Origin: Fistulifera solaris
Taxonomy: Eukaryota
NCBI GenBank assembly: GCA_030295235.1
Contig: AP026149.1
Location: 620,001 to 684,000 of the forward strand
Direction of reading: 5' to 3'
DNA: 64,000 bases
Notes under the pieces: model-generated
Database searches by the model: none
Told to the model about the DNA's origin: nothing
The model's input: only the letters and a program-made list of their open reading frames with translations
Made by a program: the position numbers and the translations under genes
In this document: piece after piece, positions 60,616 to 64,000 of the stretch
Position numbering within the stretch: the stretch's first letter is position 1
Layout of the letters: every line of letters begins with the position of its first letter

Positions 60616-61493
60616 TTACGCAGTAGGCCGCTCCCACTGTGTTTGCTTCGTCTCTGTATGATAATAGTATTCTTTTCCGGAGGCAGGATCCTGCACCGCT
60701 TGCCAGCCATTGGGTAGATTAGCCGTCGTCGTCGTCGTCGTCGTCGGCACTGAGTTTCCCAAAGAGGCGGATTCCACGAACGTTCGCCCGTGTTTGTATT
60801 GTAATAATAGGTCTTTCCTGTTTCCGGATCATTCGCGGTTTTCCAATCCGATTGCAATTTTCGTTGCAATGCAGCAGCGACTTGTTCGAAGGGATTGTTG
60901 GGATCATCGCGAATGATGGGAGCCGTTCGTTTGCTCTTTTTCTTTTTAAGCATGACAGGCTCTTGTTGTTGTTTTGGTTCTTCTTGTTCTTGGGCTAGAG
61001 CCGAGGAACGAGGCACAGCGATACCGGCCCTTTGTTTTAAAGAATCCATTCCATCCCAATAATATCCAGTCCCTCGATCCCGTGTTGTAAAGACATAATC
61101 AAATTTAGAGACCTCAAATTGTTCCGCAGCAATATAATAAGTCACATGATCGGGTCGTTTCCGTTTCGCCGTCCAATCAATCGGTTTGTCATCATCAGTG
61201 CCTTTCTGTTTGAAGACCGTATAACCCGAATCTTGTAAGGACTTGTGTCCCGCTTTTTGTCGTTCCTGCTCTTCTTGTTGACGTTCATCGTCCCAATTGC
61301 GAAAGCCGGCCGCACGATCGGCGGCTTTTAACGGTGCTTTGGGTGCCGCGGAAGGTTTTGTCTTCGTTTTCGAGGCAAAGGCTTGCCACAAGGCCGCTCC
61401 GTCGCTTCCCAAGACGGGTTTCGCCACGAGTTCATCGACTGACGCAAAGGCATCGTAGGATGTTCGTTTAGTGCTTGTGTTACTACTCGTCAT
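60616..61493 (-). CDS. Protein with two C-terminal WW domains
   Basis: WKTANDPETGKTYYYNTNTGERSWNPP and LPNGWQAVQDPASGKEYYYHTETKQTQWERP, the latter in a shifted frame (frameshift near 60758); conserved-looking DYVFTTRDRGTGYYWD. Confidence 0.8.
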
Positions 61494-62306
61494 TCTAAAT
61501 CTAATAATATTGTTTTAAAAAAAAAAGCATGATCGATTGCAATACGCGGCTGCGATTGCGCAGTGGAACGTGCGTTTCATGGATAGGGGTTAGGGATATT
61601 ATTTTAGGTCGGGTTGCTGCAAGTCAACACTTTATTTCACAATACTATATCAAAATCAAAAGCCACGAAGTGCATGTGAAATGCATTCTAGTCAGTTTTA
61701 TCGAGATAGCGACCAATGAAGCTCACATTTTTGCAAAACTACCAGGTACCAGGTAGCAGTGGTTGATTCGATCGATGGCTCGCCCGCCGGAGCATTCGTG
61801 ACTGCAATGCAGTCGTGGTTATCATGAATCAACACTTTACGTGTATAGTGGTGGAAGATTCCATCTACACTTTTACTGTATACTCAGAGCTTTCCTTTTC
61901 GCGCACCCGTTTTCACACGAAAAGCGCGGCCTATGCCATGTACTACTAGTACGTACATACAGGCACAGACAGTACCGTACAAGTACTCCGCTTTTTTCCA
62001 TCCATTTTCACAACAAAAAGGCAAACTCAGCATTGGTTATTGCAACTTCCTTTTCATTGTTATTATCATCACTCTTTTTACTGCCTCATTGTCTCATCTC
62101 AGTCAATTAGACTATTCGCCTTGTCACTGTACCTGTTGCATGCTTCGCAAGTCATTTGGAAAAGAATTGTACGGCATTTGCTTCCAGCGAGCGTGTTCAT
62201 TGTTTGGGTTGCGTTACGTTATCTTTCCTCGCTTTCAGTGGCAGCATTTCTACCATCATCGCAACGGCAGAACTTTCATTCAAAATCTTTATCATCACGT
62301 AACAAG

Positions 62307-64000
62307 ATGGACGACGAATTTGGGGATGCTTCCTTTTTAGACGACTTTGATGTCGAACAAGTGATTCACAAAAGCTATCCGAAGCCTGCTAAACACGATG
62401 AAACTTCACCTGGCAACAAGCGGGAACCTACAAATGTCAATTCTTTCGAATCAAAAGACTATAGTAGCGAAAATACCCCTCAGAACACTAATAAACGTCT
62501 CAAAGTCGAATCATCATCATCCTTCGATACTGCGCCTTCGAAATTAACAACAAACCAGAATCTTGCTTTTTCTTCCACATCATCCGGTCTACAAGCGACA
62601 CTCCAACAATACTTTGGCTATTCGGAATTCCGTCCTGGGCAAGAACAAGTCATTGAGGCCATTGTATGTCAAAAACAAGATGTGGCCATCTTTTGGGCGA
62701 CCGGTGCGGGAAAATCACTTTGTTATCAAATACCTCCGTTGCATTTGCAACAAGTCGCAATTGTAGTCAGTCCGCTCATTTCGTTAATGCAAGATCAAGT
62801 GGCACAACTCAATGCGCGATCCGAGCAATCCTTGGCGGTCTTTTTGGGGTCGGCACAAACGGATGCTTCACTTGAAAAAAAGGCACTGCAAGGACACTTT
62901 CCTTTGATTTATGTGACACCGGAAAAAATGAGTTCTTCGTTTCCGTCCCAGTTGGTGTCTTCCGGATTAGCGAGTCGCATTTGTCTGATTGCCGTAGATG
63001 AAGCGCATTGTGTTTCGGAATGGGGGCACGATTTTCGTCCCGATTATCGAATATTGGGTGAAACGCTGCGCACACGGCATCCTGCCTTGCGATCCATTCC
63101 AATTCTATCGTTGACGGCCACGGCGACGAGTCGTGTGATGACGGACATTGTCACGTCCTTACAACTCCGTACTCCGCTGATCACGCAACGATCGGTCGAT
63201 CGTTCCAATTTGCGCATTTCCATACAAAGTAAAACCAAAGATGTGGCAGGGACCTTTCGAGAATGGTGTCAGAAATGGAACAAGGCTACCGAGACAGTGC
63301 CCAGCACAATCATCTACGTCGCAACACGAAATCAAGTCGATCAGATTGCTGCACTGTTGCAACAAAACTTGAGTGCGTCGGTTCGGGTCGCCGCGTATCA
63401 TGCCGGACTGTCGGCGCAGCAACGGCAAACCGCGCACATGCAGTTCTTGACCGGTCAAGTGCCGATCATTGTGGCCACGGTGGCTTTTGGTATGGGCATT
63501 GACAAACCGGACATTCGAGAAATCATTCATTATGGTCCGCCCAAAACAGTCGAAGAGTATGCACAGCAAATTGGTCGTGCCGGTCGCGATGGTTTGTCCG
63601 CGCAGTGTACATTGATATATTCTCCGGCTGATTTCGACAAGTATTTGGGAGACTTTTATTTGGGACAATTGACCGACACGGCCAAACAAGTCACACGAAA
63701 AAGTATTCAAGCCTTCAAAGCCATGTGTCAGGATCATCGCTCGTGTCGGAGAAAGGTGTTGGTGGAGTATTTTCAACAGACACCCGAATTCGGAGATTGG
63801 TGTGGAACGTGCGACGTTTGTTTATCGCGTGACCAGTATGAAGGTGATCAAGAACGCGATTTCGGTGTCCCGGCGCGAATTCTCTTAACAGCTGTCCAAG
63901 CACTGAAGCGACAAGGTCTAGGCAACATTATGGCGGTGGCGAATGGGCAAGCGGTAGAAAAGTATCGATACGCGATTCAATTTCCGGGAATGCCTGCGAC
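62307..64000 (+). CDS. RecQ-family DNA helicase (runs off the window end)
   Basis: Not in the ORF track because it has no stop: FGYSEFRPGQ, ATGAGKSLCYQ, SPLISLMQDQV, DEAHCVSEWGHDFRPDY, LTATA, YHAGL, ATVAFGMGIDKPD, QQIGRAGRDG, RQC cysteines. Confidence 0.95.
   Translation, partial: MDDEFGDASFLDDFDVEQVIHKSYPKPAKHDETSPGNKREPTNVNSFESKDYSSENTPQNTNKRLKVESSSSFDTAPSKLTTNQNLAFSSTSSGLQATLQQYFGYSEFRPGQEQVIEAIVCQKQDVAIFWATGAGKSLCYQIPPLHLQQVAIVVSPLISLMQDQVAQLNARSEQSLAVFLGSAQTDASLEKKALQGHFPLIYVTPEKMSSSFPSQLVSSGLASRICLIAVDEAHCVSEWGHDFRPDYRILGETLRTRHPALRSIPILSLTATATSRVMTDIVTSLQLRTPLITQRSVDRSNLRISIQSKTKDVAGTFREWCQKWNKATETVPSTIIYVATRNQVDQIAALLQQNLSASVRVAAYHAGLSAQQRQTAHMQFLTGQVPIIVATVAFGMGIDKPDIREIIHYGPPKTVEEYAQQIGRAGRDGLSAQCTLIYSPADFDKYLGDFYLGQLTDTAKQVTRKSIQAFKAMCQDHRSCRRKVLVEYFQQTPEFGDWCGTCDVCLSRDQYEGDQERDFGVPARILLTAVQALKRQGLGNIMAVANGQAVEKYRYAIQFPGMPA

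Overview
Eukaryotic nuclear DNA, gene-dense with short (about 70-125 nt) GT-AG introns. Several genes carry signal peptide + ASAF-type plastid presequences, which points to a diatom; from recall of one lineage-specific gene family it is probably a Fistulifera-like pennate (inference). About 30 protein-coding genes are recognisable: IMP4, GCN5, aromatic amino-acid permease, SUN protein, CBS-PP2C, plastid DnaJ, HAD hydrolase, FAD monooxygenase, DEX1-like, DUF1244-MogA, CWF19L2, CRAL-TRIO, QDPR, ALG5-like, class-III PLP enzyme, RpiA, TBL esterases, OvoA-type methyltransferase, cyclophilin, membrin, vWA alpha-kinase, WW protein and RecQ. There are also three decayed copies of a lineage-specific family and a 5'-truncated RLE-type LINE. 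Many conserved genes have 1-nt indels in short homopolymers, most likely assembly errors. Best leads: a DUF1244-molybdopterin adenylyltransferase fusion; an RXL-bearing type I membrane protein with two tandem 2H-like domains; a TACC(W)GGTA palindrome seen only between genes; a stand-alone ovothiol-type methyltransferase; and a CBS-PTC7 phosphatase fusion. All family calls come from motif recognition by eye; no searches were run.
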